Assembly (NCBI GenBank): GCA_019662065.1 | Contig: JAIFWC010000002.1 | Location: forward strand, 9,298 to 33,297 | Reading direction: 5' to 3' | Length of the DNA stretch: 24,000 bases | Source: Candidatus Saccharimonadota bacterium | GTDB taxonomy: Bacteria; Patescibacteriota; Saccharimonadia; Saccharimonadales; UBA10212 | Shown here: piece by piece, positions 8,420 to 15,632 of the stretch | How positions within the stretch are numbered: position 1 is the first letter of the stretch | Layout of the letters: every line of letters begins with the position of its first letter | Position numbers and translations under genes: made by a program | The notes under the pieces: generated by a model | What the model was told of the DNA's origin: nothing | Databases searched by the model: none | The model's input: the letters and a program-made list of their open reading frames with translations, nothing else

Positions 8420-8977
8420 ATGGATAGGATAGGACAAGCATTCACTAAGTTTGACAGAGTCAACTTTATTCCAAATGAAGCCAAGCCAATGGCGCAAGTC
8501 GATGCGCCAGTGCCGATTGGCTATGGCCAAACCAATAGCCAGCCGACCACCGTTGAGATGATGCTGGAATGGCTGGATGTACAACCCGGAGATAAAGTGC
8601 TGGACGTTGGATCGGGTTCTGGCTGGACTACTGCCCTGTTATCTTATTTGGCTGGACCGAAAGGTGAAATTTATGCAGTTGAGCTGGTGCCAGAGCTGGT
8701 AGAGTTTGGGCGCGAAAATGCCGAGCGCGCCGGAGTTAAAAACGCCAAGTTTTATCAAGCTGGCGACCAGTTTGGCTTACCCGAGAGGGCACCATTTGAC
8801 CGGATCTTGGTCAGCGCCTCGGCCGACAAATTGCCTCAAGTGCTTATTGACCAGCTAAAACCTGGCGGCAAACTGGTTGTGCCGGTGCACAACGATATTT
8901 TGGAAGTCATCAAAGACACTAATGGCAAAACTCATACAAAAACCCATCCAGGCTTTGTTTTCGTGCCCTTAATTTAG
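8420..8977 (+). CDS. pcm: Protein-L-isoaspartate O-methyltransferase family
   Basis: PIGYGQTNSQPTTVEMMLEWL, VLDVGSGSGWTTALL, PGGKLVVPV. Confidence 0.9.
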   Translation: MDRIGQAFTKFDRVNFIPNEAKPMAQVDAPVPIGYGQTNSQPTTVEMMLEWLDVQPGDKVLDVGSGSGWTTALLSYLAGPKGEIYAVELVPELVEFGRENAERAGVKNAKFYQAGDQFGLPERAPFDRILVSASADKLPQVLIDQLKPGGKLVVPVHNDILEVIKDTNGKTHTKTHPGFVFVPLI

Positions 8978-9092
8978 GATTTACATCTGTTATAATTCGA
9001 CTGGTCAAAGAGAATTATATGCCGAGCCCGACTCGTTCCATCTTTGAAAAAACATAGAACGAGCCGGCGCGAAGCTATATACTGGGCTCTAC

Positions 9093-9168
9093 GGGGGCGT
9101 AGCTCAGTGGTTAGAGCAGTCGGCTCATAACCGATTGGTCCCTGGTTCGAACCCAGGCGCCCCCACCA
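9093..9168 (+). tRNA. tRNA with CAU anticodon (elongator Met or Ile2), CCA encoded
   Basis: GGGGGCG/CGCCCCC acceptor; CTCATAA anticodon loop; T-arm CCTGG-TTCGAAC-CCAGG; ACCA end. Confidence 0.93.
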
Positions 9169-9173
9169 TTATT

Positions 9174-9635
9174 ATGTTTGATCAAATAAAAAACGCTCTG
9201 AGTAGCAAGCAGGCCCAACAACTAACCGATGTGCGCAATATCGGGCTGTATATTTTTGGAATTGTAGTATTGGCAATCGCTTGGAGCGGGGCTAGGACTG
9301 TCCAAAGCAACTATGAACTGCAGAAAAAAATCGCCACCCTAAAGCAGGAAAACACTGTTTTATGGCTGCAAAATCAGAACACTTACCTCCAAACTCAATA
9401 TTACAAAACCGACCAATACTTAGAACTATCGGCTCGCCAAAACCTGGGTTTAGCGGCGCCTGGCGAACAGGTTCTGTTAGTGCCCAAAGATGTTGCTAGC
9501 CGTTACGTGGACCCAAATCTTAACAAGACAAGCAGCGTTTCTGAAACAGCCGTGCCGGATAATCGCGCTGGTTATATTAAAAATCTCGAAGCTTGGCGTG
9601 ATTTCCTGTTAGGACGTAAGCTCACCAACGACTAA
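9174..9635 (+). CDS. FtsB/DivIC-like septum formation initiator family protein
   Basis: One TM helix followed by coiled coil (LQKKIATLKQENTVLWLQNQNTYLQTQYYKTDQYLELSARQNLGLAAPGEQ). ORF track start 9135 lies inside the tRNA. Confidence 0.75.
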   Translation: MFDQIKNALSSKQAQQLTDVRNIGLYIFGIVVLAIAWSGARTVQSNYELQKKIATLKQENTVLWLQNQNTYLQTQYYKTDQYLELSARQNLGLAAPGEQVLLVPKDVASRYVDPNLNKTSSVSETAVPDNRAGYIKNLEAWRDFLLGRKLTND

Positions 9636-9691
9636 GCGGACTATAAAAACCGTTATTTGACATATTTACAACAAGCTTTTCAGGGGTGAGC

Positions 9692-9719
9692 TTGACTTAT
9701 ATTTTAGGGACTGTACGAT
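9692..9719 (+). promoter_or_regulatory. Putative promoter of the Rpf-like gene
   Basis: TTGACT (9692-9697), 16-nt spacer, TACGAT (9714-9719). Confidence 0.5.
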
Positions 9720-9864
9720 TGTCCTTGTGTCTTTTGTTTGTGAGGATGGAGACACGACCGAAAAATCGAATTTCAAACTGTCAAAATCTAAATAAAAACG
9801 GACTTTGTTAAAGAAGCAAAGCCAGTTTTGGTATTGGCATTTTGAATTAATCTAAGGAGGATAA

Positions 9865-10458
<594 letters not shown>

Positions 10459-10492
10459 TCTCTAAATAACACTGAGTTTCGCACCTGTGCTG

Positions 10493-10519
10493 AGAGGCTT
10501 CCGGAAACCGGAAGCCTCT
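10493..10519. repeat. 12-bp perfect-stem hairpin between the Rpf-like gene and tRNA-fMet
   Basis: AGAGGCTTCCGG-AAA-CCGGAAGCCTCT, no T-tract. Confidence 0.8.
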
Positions 10520-10525
10520 GCGGCG

Positions 10526-10555
10526 TTGACAAAACACCTTACAACAGATTAGAAT
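10526..10555 (+). promoter_or_regulatory. Promoter of initiator tRNA
   Basis: TTGACA (10526-10531), 18-nt spacer, TAGAAT (10550-10555). Confidence 0.7.
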
Positions 10556-10576
10556 ATCAAAGCTTCATTTAGATAT

Positions 10577-10651
10577 CGCGGGGTGGAGCAGCGGCAGCTC
10601 GCATGGCTCATAACCATGAGGTCGCAGGTTCGAGTCCTGCCCCCGCTACCA
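10577..10651 (+). tRNA. Initiator tRNA-fMet (CAU), CCA encoded
   Basis: C1:U72 mismatch, D-stem GAGC/GCTC (A11:U24), CTCATAA loop, T-arm GCAGG-TTCGAGT-CCTGC, ACCA end. Confidence 0.92.
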
Positions 10652-10654
10652 AGT
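10634..10654 (+). repeat. Direct repeat copy A (tRNA-fMet 3' end)
   Basis: GTCCTGCCCCCGCTACCAAGT, identical to 11226-11246. Confidence 0.95.
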
Positions 10655-10667
10655 TGAATAACAGATT

Positions 10668-10700
10668 GAGATTAGCAAACAAGCTAATCTCTTTTCTTTT
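10668..10700 (+). terminator. Intrinsic terminator of tRNA-fMet
   Basis: GAGATTAGC-AAACAA-GCTAATCTC followed by TTTTCTTTT. Confidence 0.9.
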
Positions 10701-10756
10701 ATTACCTCTGTAATCTAGGTTCCAGTCCTTCCTGGTCAGTTTGTTAGAATGTAAGT

Positions 10757-11002
10757 GTGACGAAGAAAGACAACCCAGCTGGCAGTAATCATAAAGTTCT
10801 AAAAAGATTATTGTTAGGATTCTTGTTTCTTGTACTCATATATATTTTCTTGGGTGAATATAAAGTTCTCTATGTAAACATTCATAATACAGACGCAGCA
10901 AAGTTAAATTTATATAACCCAAACGGAGATTTACTAATCGCAGCATTTAGCAGTGTTTTTATAGGTTTTGTTTTAGGCTACTGGTTCAAAAGTAAAAGAT
11001 AG
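10757..11002 (+). CDS. Small predicted membrane protein, 81 aa
   Basis: Two hydrophobic segments (LLLGFLFLVLIYIFL and LIAAFSSVFIGFVLGYWF) and KSKR tail; GTG start 6 nt after TAGAAT. Confidence 0.65.
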   Translation: MTKKDNPAGSNHKVLKRLLLGFLFLVLIYIFLGEYKVLYVNIHNTDAAKLNLYNPNGDLLIAAFSSVFIGFVLGYWFKSKR

Positions 11003-11060
11003 CCCTCTCCACCTACTCAGTTCTGGCAAGATAAGGTTCCAATTCGAATGTACAAGGGCT

Positions 11061-11104
11061 ACCAAGAAAAATGCCTCATCGTAAGATGGGGTATTTTTCT
11101 TGGT
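11061..11104. terminator. 20-bp-stem terminator-like hairpin
   Basis: ACCAAGAAAAATGCCTCATC-GTAA-GATGGGGTATTTTTCTTGGT, two G:U wobbles, built-in T5 run. Confidence 0.75.
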
Positions 11105-11225
11105 CATTGAGATGCAGGGCTCGGTTCTGCGACTAGCACAAGCTTCTGGCTTGGGCGTGGTCGCAGGTTCGGTCATCCAAGCCGGGCGCAGATGCTTGCA
11201 TCGAGCACGGCTGCAGATGTGCGCT

Positions 11226-11246
11226 GTCCTGCCCCCGCTACCAAGT
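11226..11246 (+). repeat. Direct repeat copy B of the tRNA-fMet 3' end
   Basis: GTCCTGCCCCCGCTACCAAGT, identical to 10634-10654. Confidence 0.95.
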
Positions 11247-11333
11247 ATAAGCAGTTTAAATAGTTTTGTTTTATCCTCCGACTGGCGGACATCAAACGGT
11301 GATGATTTTCGGTCTCGTGAGGGCCATCGTGAG

Positions 11334-12056
11334 TTAGTCTTCGCCAACATTGGCTAATTTGGTCTTTTTATAATCATTTGGCATATCGGGCTGGTTCGAA
11401 GTTACATACTTTATGAATTCAGCCTTAGCCATTGATAAGGCAGAGTTCTTCTTTCTTTCCCGGCCAAGCGTAGAAATCATCTTGCCGGACATGCCTTTGC
11501 CGCAAGCAGAGCCCGCGAAATGCCCTGGGTAGACCTCGGTCCATTCAGGTAATCTAAGTAGCTTCTGAATTGAACCATAGAGTTTAGCAGCATTGGCCTC
11601 TACCACACCTTCCTCTAATCGGCCAAGGGCCAAATCAACACGTCCTACATCGCCGACAAACAGCGTATCGCCGGTTAGCAAGTACCAATCGTCGACATAA
11701 AGTGTTATCCCGTCAGATGTATGCCCAGGGGTAGAAATAACTTGAAAGTGTCTGTTACCAATATAAAATTTATTAGAGTCTACCAGTTTTTGGTCCACGC
11801 CATTTACTTCAGAATTTTTATGCATAAATAGCTTAGCGCCAGTGAGTTTGGCTAACTTGCGTGCACCGGACTGATGGTCAGCATGGGTATGGGTATCAAT
11901 CACAATATCTATTGAGAGCTTGTGCCGCTCGGCTGTTTTCATATAGAGTTCAATGTCGATTTGAGGGTCAATGACGGCAACGGTATTTTCAGTTGTACAG
12001 CCAACCATGTACGATAAACAGCTTTGCTCCTCATGAATATATTGCCGAAAAATCAC
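11334..12056 (-). CDS. MBL-fold hydrolase, persulfide dioxygenase/glyoxalase II-like
   Basis: THTHADHQSGARKLA, STPGHTSDGITLY, LTGDTLFVGDVGRVDL, VYPGHFAG; GTG start. Confidence 0.88.
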   Translation of the reverse strand: MIFRQYIHEEQSCLSYMVGCTTENTVAVIDPQIDIELYMKTAERHKLSIDIVIDTHTHADHQSGARKLAKLTGAKLFMHKNSEVNGVDQKLVDSNKFYIGNRHFQVISTPGHTSDGITLYVDDWYLLTGDTLFVGDVGRVDLALGRLEEGVVEANAAKLYGSIQKLLRLPEWTEVYPGHFAGSACGKGMSGKMISTLGRERKKNSALSMAKAEFIKYVTSNQPDMPNDYKKTKLANVGED

Positions 12057-12062
12057 TATGTA

Positions 12063-12560
12063 CTACTCAGCTTTGACTTCAAGCGTTAGTGGTATAGCTT
12101 TACTCAGCGAGTCGCCAACTGGAGAAGAACGCTCGCAGCGTTCTCTCAAGTATTTAATTTGTTTAGGGGTGGCTTTCGGGGCTTTGAGATGAATTGTATA
12201 AGCTATGCTGTTGTAGCCTGCTCCTGAAGCCCCCTCGATACCATAATACGCCCGTGAGTTAAAGCGGCCTGATGCTTCTATCCATAACTCCTCGATATCT
12301 ACGCCTAACAGAGCAGCGTGGGTTGCTACCAAGTCAATGTCGCAAGCCGACAGACTGGCTAAAAGCGTTTGCATGGCATTCAAGTTGCCATCGCCACCAA
12401 TCTCTAAAAAAACGCCACCCAACTCGATTCTGGCTTTACTGCCGCCTAGCCACTTAGCCATAATTTTCGGTTCCCGTTCGGTTACAGCCGGATCCTTTTG
12501 GGCCTGTTCTTTTGTCTGTTTAATTTTAGCTACATCTACGCCATTTATTAAATCTGCCAC
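12063..12560 (-). CDS. OsmC family protein
   Basis: GGDGNLNAMQTLLASLSACDIDLVATHAALLG. GTG start at 12560 after AAAGGAGGAG; ORF track start at 12626 is probably too long. Confidence 0.82.
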   Translation of the reverse strand: MADLINGVDVAKIKQTKEQAQKDPAVTEREPKIMAKWLGGSKARIELGGVFLEIGGDGNLNAMQTLLASLSACDIDLVATHAALLGVDIEELWIEASGRFNSRAYYGIEGASGAGYNSIAYTIHLKAPKATPKQIKYLRERCERSSPVGDSLSKAIPLTLEVKAE

Positions 12561-12689
12561 GCTGCTCCTCCTTTGTGCTTCAAAATAAAAACTTCGCACT
12601 ATCATTATATGCTCTGCTTGGCTCAAGCTAGAGAAAATAGATGCTCCCTTGTAGTAACTAGTTCCACTGCGAGAGCACCAGCTCTACCA

Positions 12690-12723
12690 CGAAAAAAGCC
12701 TCAGGAAGCTGGGGCTTTTTTCG
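12690..12723. terminator. Terminator between OsmC and LUD genes
   Basis: CGAAAAAAGCCTCAG-GAAG-CTGGGGCTTTTTTCG, 15-bp stem with T-tract on both strands. Confidence 0.85.
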
Positions 12724-12736
12724 TTTGCTGAACTAG

Positions 12737-13390
12737 CTAGAAGCCGACTGGTTCTTTGACTAGAATTATTGTCACCCGGCCGGCGGGCTCTTGACGATAA
12801 ATTAACAGTTTGTTTAGGGACGAACCGGTGCCATAGGCAGCCTTGGCGCGCTCATCTTCTAAATGGAAGGTATAATCTTCAATCCGCTGGAGGCCTTCAG
12901 CCAAATCCTTAACGATTTTCTGGCTGCCTACCACCCAGATAACATTGCTAGCGCCGTAAGCATAGTTAGGCAATTGGCTACCGGAGGCCGAAGCCACTAC
13001 TACTTGGCCGTCTTGGGTCACAGCATGCACGCTGCCGACCGCATAATCAGCTCCAGAGCCAATTCGCTTCATTTCTACACTTTTGTCTGGCTGCCCATAC
13101 AATTCCATAAACTTGTTACGGACGGATACATATTTACCGGACTCGTTAAACTCTTTATCCAATCCGGACTTTTCTAAAGTCCTGGAAGTAGCTGTAAAAA
13201 CTTCTGATCCCGCCGGAATTAGGTTCTCGACTTCTTCTTTAGCATCTATTAAGTTATCGACGACCTTTACCTTAAAGCCGTGATTTTCTAAAGCTTTAGT
13301 AGCCTTTTGAATTTCACTGTAGGAAGTTGCCTGTGAGAACCTAGTGCTGTAAGTGGCGGCCCGGCCAACATTAGTTGTTATTTTGGACAT
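12737..13390 (-). CDS. LUD domain (LutC/DUF162-type) protein
   Basis: IPAGSEVFTATSRTLEKSGLDKEF..., GSVHAVTQDGQVVVASASGSQLPNYAYGASNVIWVVG. Confidence 0.88.
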   Translation of the reverse strand: MSKITTNVGRAATYSTRFSQATSYSEIQKATKALENHGFKVKVVDNLIDAKEEVENLIPAGSEVFTATSRTLEKSGLDKEFNESGKYVSVRNKFMELYGQPDKSVEMKRIGSGADYAVGSVHAVTQDGQVVVASASGSQLPNYAYGASNVIWVVGSQKIVKDLAEGLQRIEDYTFHLEDERAKAAYGTGSSLNKLLIYRQEPAGRVTIILVKEPVGF

Positions 13391-13416
13391 TTTTACCCTC
13401 TTTCTTGCTATAATTT

Positions 13417-13444
13417 GTATAGTATTAACATATCTATACTATAC
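13417..13444. promoter_or_regulatory. Candidate operator in the LUD/HxlR divergent region
   Basis: GTATAGT (13417-13423) and ACTATAC (13438-13444) inverted repeat, overlapping TATACT -10-like hexamers. Confidence 0.55.
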
Positions 13445-13458
13445 TAGGTAAAGTAACT

Positions 13459-13794
13459 ATGCAAGATATAGTAAAGGAAAATTTAGAGATTGAAAGCCGG
13501 CCCGGTTGCATCGCTGCTGCCTTGTATGTATTGGGCAATAAATGGACGGCCCTTATAGTAAATGAACTTTATGATCGCCCGGCCCGTTTTTCGGCCCTAG
13601 AGCACGCCCTGGTGGGAATTAGTCCCCGCACCTTGTCCCAACGGCTGGATGAGCTGGAAGAACAGAAATTTATAACTAAAAAAAGCTTTGCCGAAGTACC
13701 GCCCCGGGTTGAGTACACTCTGACGCAAAAGGGAAGAGACTTGATACCTATACTTAAGAGTATGGCCGATTGGGGCGACAAACACTCTAAATAA
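13459..13794 (+). CDS. HxlR family transcriptional regulator
   Basis: PGCIAAALYVLGNKWTALIVNELYDRPARFSALEHALVGISPRTLSQRLDELEEQKFI. Confidence 0.94.
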   Translation: MQDIVKENLEIESRPGCIAAALYVLGNKWTALIVNELYDRPARFSALEHALVGISPRTLSQRLDELEEQKFITKKSFAEVPPRVEYTLTQKGRDLIPILKSMADWGDKHSK

Positions 13795-13820
13795 AAAACT
13801 CCCTTTTCAGGGAGTTTTCT
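13794..13820. terminator. Bidirectional terminator between convergent HxlR and RRM genes
   Basis: AAAACTCCC-TTTTCA-GGGAGTTTTCTTT. Confidence 0.85.
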
Positions 13821-13834
13821 TTACCGGTTAAAAA

Positions 13835-14107
13835 TTACCAGCGATTTTCGCGGGGGCGGTCCTCTTTAGGACGGGCCTCGGCGACCGAAATAGTGCGGCC
13901 ACCGACTTCTGAGCCGTTGAGCGCCTTTTCGGCGGCTTTGCCTTCTTCATCGTTCTCGAATTCGACAAAACCGAAACCTTTGCTGCGGCCACTCTCGCGG
14001 TCGCGAACGACGTTGGCTGAAGCGACTGTGCCATGGGCGGCAAACAGTTGGTTAAGCTCGTCGTCGGTGGTTGCAAAGGGCAGACCACCTACAAAAACTT
14101 TGTACAT
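13835..14107 (-). CDS. RRM RNA-binding protein
   Basis: KVFVGGLPF (RNP2) and KGFGFVEF (RNP1). Confidence 0.95.
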   Translation of the reverse strand: MYKVFVGGLPFATTDDELNQLFAAHGTVASANVVRDRESGRSKGFGFVEFENDEEGKAAEKALNGSEVGGRTISVAEARPKEDRPRENRW

Positions 14108-14262
14108 GTATTAGTTCCTTATTAATTCTTACTAGGTACGACCCTTACTGGACTGGAATATCGAACTGGGCTTTTGGGCCGAACATTCTCACCAAGAACA
14201 GATAAGCTCCTAACATCGCCAAGTTAACCACTAATCGGCACGAAAAGCAATTTAAATAGAGG

Positions 14263-14290
14263 TTGACTTTTTAAAAGAATTGTGTATAAT
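14263..14290 (+). promoter_or_regulatory. Strong sigma70-type promoter of the 26-aa smORF
   Basis: TTGACT (14263-14268), 16 nt, TATAAT (14285-14290). Confidence 0.75.
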
Positions 14291-14330
14291 ATAATTTAGG
14301 TTTTAGCAAAAACAAAAAGGACAAAAATAA

Positions 14331-14411
14331 ATGCCACAGCTTGCATATATTCTATTGCCGACAGTTGATGAGCAGATTCTAGAACTCGATGAGGTTCTAG
14401 CCGAAGCTTAA
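14331..14411 (+). CDS. Small ORF, 26 aa: MPQLAYILLPTVDEQILELDEVLAEA
   Basis: Preceded by promoter and AAAAAGGAC; followed by terminator. Confidence 0.6.
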   Translation: MPQLAYILLPTVDEQILELDEVLAEA

Positions 14412-14430
14412 AAAAGCTGGCAATAAAACC

Positions 14431-14460
14431 AAAAAACGATCCAAGAACGGGTCGTTTTTA
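14431..14460 (+). terminator. Intrinsic terminator after the smORF
   Basis: AAAAACGATCC-AAGAAC-GGGTCGTTTTT. Confidence 0.85.
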
Positions 14461-14470
14461 ATTTCTAACG

Positions 14471-14547
14471 TGGTAGCAGGGGCGAGATTTGAACTCGCGA
14501 CCCCAGGCTTATGAGTCCTGTGCTCTAACCAACTGAGCTACCCTGCC
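14471..14547 (-). tRNA. tRNA with CAU anticodon (probably elongator Met), CCA encoded
   Basis: GGCAGGG...CCCTGCT-A-CCA, CTCATAA loop, T-arm CGAG-TTCAAAT-CTCG. Confidence 0.92.
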
Positions 14548-14557
14548 TCGTCGGAAT

Positions 14558-14664
14558 CGAGGCGTCGGCTTCCGTAAGCGCGTTATACTTGCTTACTTCC
14601 AGCCTCGGCTCGCTTCCTCCTCTCAATTTTGCCAAATACTGCACTGCGGAATTTGGCAAAATTG
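14558..14664. repeat. Nested inverted repeats next to tRNA-Met
   Basis: CGAGGC (14558-14563)/GCCTCG (14602-14607) enclosing GTAAGC (14574-14579)/GCTTAC (14591-14596); then perfect 14-bp CAATTTTGCCAAAT (14624-14637)/ATTTGGCAAAATTG (14651-14664). Confidence 0.75.
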
Positions 14665-14701
14665 TAGAAGAACAGAGGTAATTATACCAATTTATGTTTA
14701 T

Positions 14702-14971
14702 TTATTCTTCTTTGTTGTCTCTGTCATCATCGTCATCGCTTTTGGCGGGCGGAGTGTAGCCTAGGATGCCGCGGTTGCCTGGGTCATCAGTTTCATCAGC
14801 GCCAGAAATACCTTCATCATAATGCTCCATGGAATCTACGTTAGTATCAGCCTGAGGATGCGTATCATCGGTACTGTCGTGTACACCGCTAGGCGCCGAA
14901 AAGGGCGTTGAGTAATCCTCTGGCAGTTTTTCCTGCTCTTCTTCATCGTTGACTAATCCCTGTGGTGGCAT
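14702..14971 (-). CDS. Acidic low-complexity protein, 89 aa
   Basis: RBS AGGAGG before ATG; Asp/Glu-rich, ends KSDDDDDRDNKEE. Confidence 0.75.
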   Translation of the reverse strand: MPPQGLVNDEEEQEKLPEDYSTPFSAPSGVHDSTDDTHPQADTNVDSMEHYDEGISGADETDDPGNRGILGYTPPAKSDDDDDRDNKEE

Positions 14972-15097
14972 AATCCCTCCTGGTTACACATCCAGCCTAA
15001 CATCTTTAGGTGTCCCCTTTAAGTTAAATAAGTCACAGCTTGTAAAAATCATAGGTCCTATTCTTAATATTCAGGGAAAGGAGGCTTTATAGCTGAT

Positions 15098-15628
15098 TTG
15101 GCTGGTAAAAATGTGGCTGTGATGGCTACAGACTATTTTGAAGAAGCCGAGCTGACAGAGCCTGTAAAGGCTTTGCGTGAAGCCGGCGCTAAAGTTGAGA
15201 TCATCGCTCCTAAAGCTGGTGAAATTAAGGGCTTAAAGCATGTCGAACTCGGAAAGAGCGTAAGGGTGGATAAAACTTTAGACGAAGCTAATGCCGATGA
15301 TTACGACGCCCTGGTATTGCCCGGTGGGGCTATAAATGCCGACCACTTACGGATGGAGGAAAAAGCCCGCCAATTTGTAATTAAGATGATGGATGAGCAA
15401 ACTAAGCCAACGGCTGTAATTTGCCATGCTCCCTGGATGTTGGTGTCTGCCCACTTGGCGCGTGGTAAAAAACTGACCAGCTTCTTTACGATTCAGGATG
15501 ATATGCGCAACGCCGGGGCCGATTGGGTAGATGAGCAGGTAGTAATTGACGGCAATCTGATAACCAGCCGTAACCCAGACGACCTGCCGGCATTCAATAA
15601 AGCTATTATCTCAGCTATAGGAGGTTAG
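15098..15628 (+). CDS. DJ-1/PfpI family protein
   Basis: YDALVLPGGAINADHLR, AVICHAPWMLVSA; RBS AAAGGAGG at 15077-15084, TTG start. Confidence 0.92.
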   Translation: MAGKNVAVMATDYFEEAELTEPVKALREAGAKVEIIAPKAGEIKGLKHVELGKSVRVDKTLDEANADDYDALVLPGGAINADHLRMEEKARQFVIKMMDEQTKPTAVICHAPWMLVSAHLARGKKLTSFFTIQDDMRNAGADWVDEQVVIDGNLITSRNPDDLPAFNKAIISAIGG

Positions 15629-15632
15629 GTTA

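Noticed and set aside
9135-9173. Upstream extension of the FtsB-like ORF (MVPGSNPGAPTII)
   Set aside because: This segment is the tRNA anticodon-T-arm region translated by accident.
11100-11357. 85-aa plus and 125-aa minus ORFs over the tRNA-debris region
   Set aside because: They cross hairpins and tRNA fragments, lack RBS, and the minus ORF overlaps the end region of the smORF; explained better by RNA-like structure.
12627-12690. Possible tRNA fragment (GAGAGCACCAGCTCTACCAC) before the OsmC/LUD terminator
   Set aside because: Only a 5-bp AGAGC-ACCA-GCTCT hairpin; no acceptor or T-arm partner found.
13828-14088. 86-aa ORF in another frame over the RRM gene
   Set aside because: The RRM frame has intact RNP1 and RNP2 motifs; the alternative has none.
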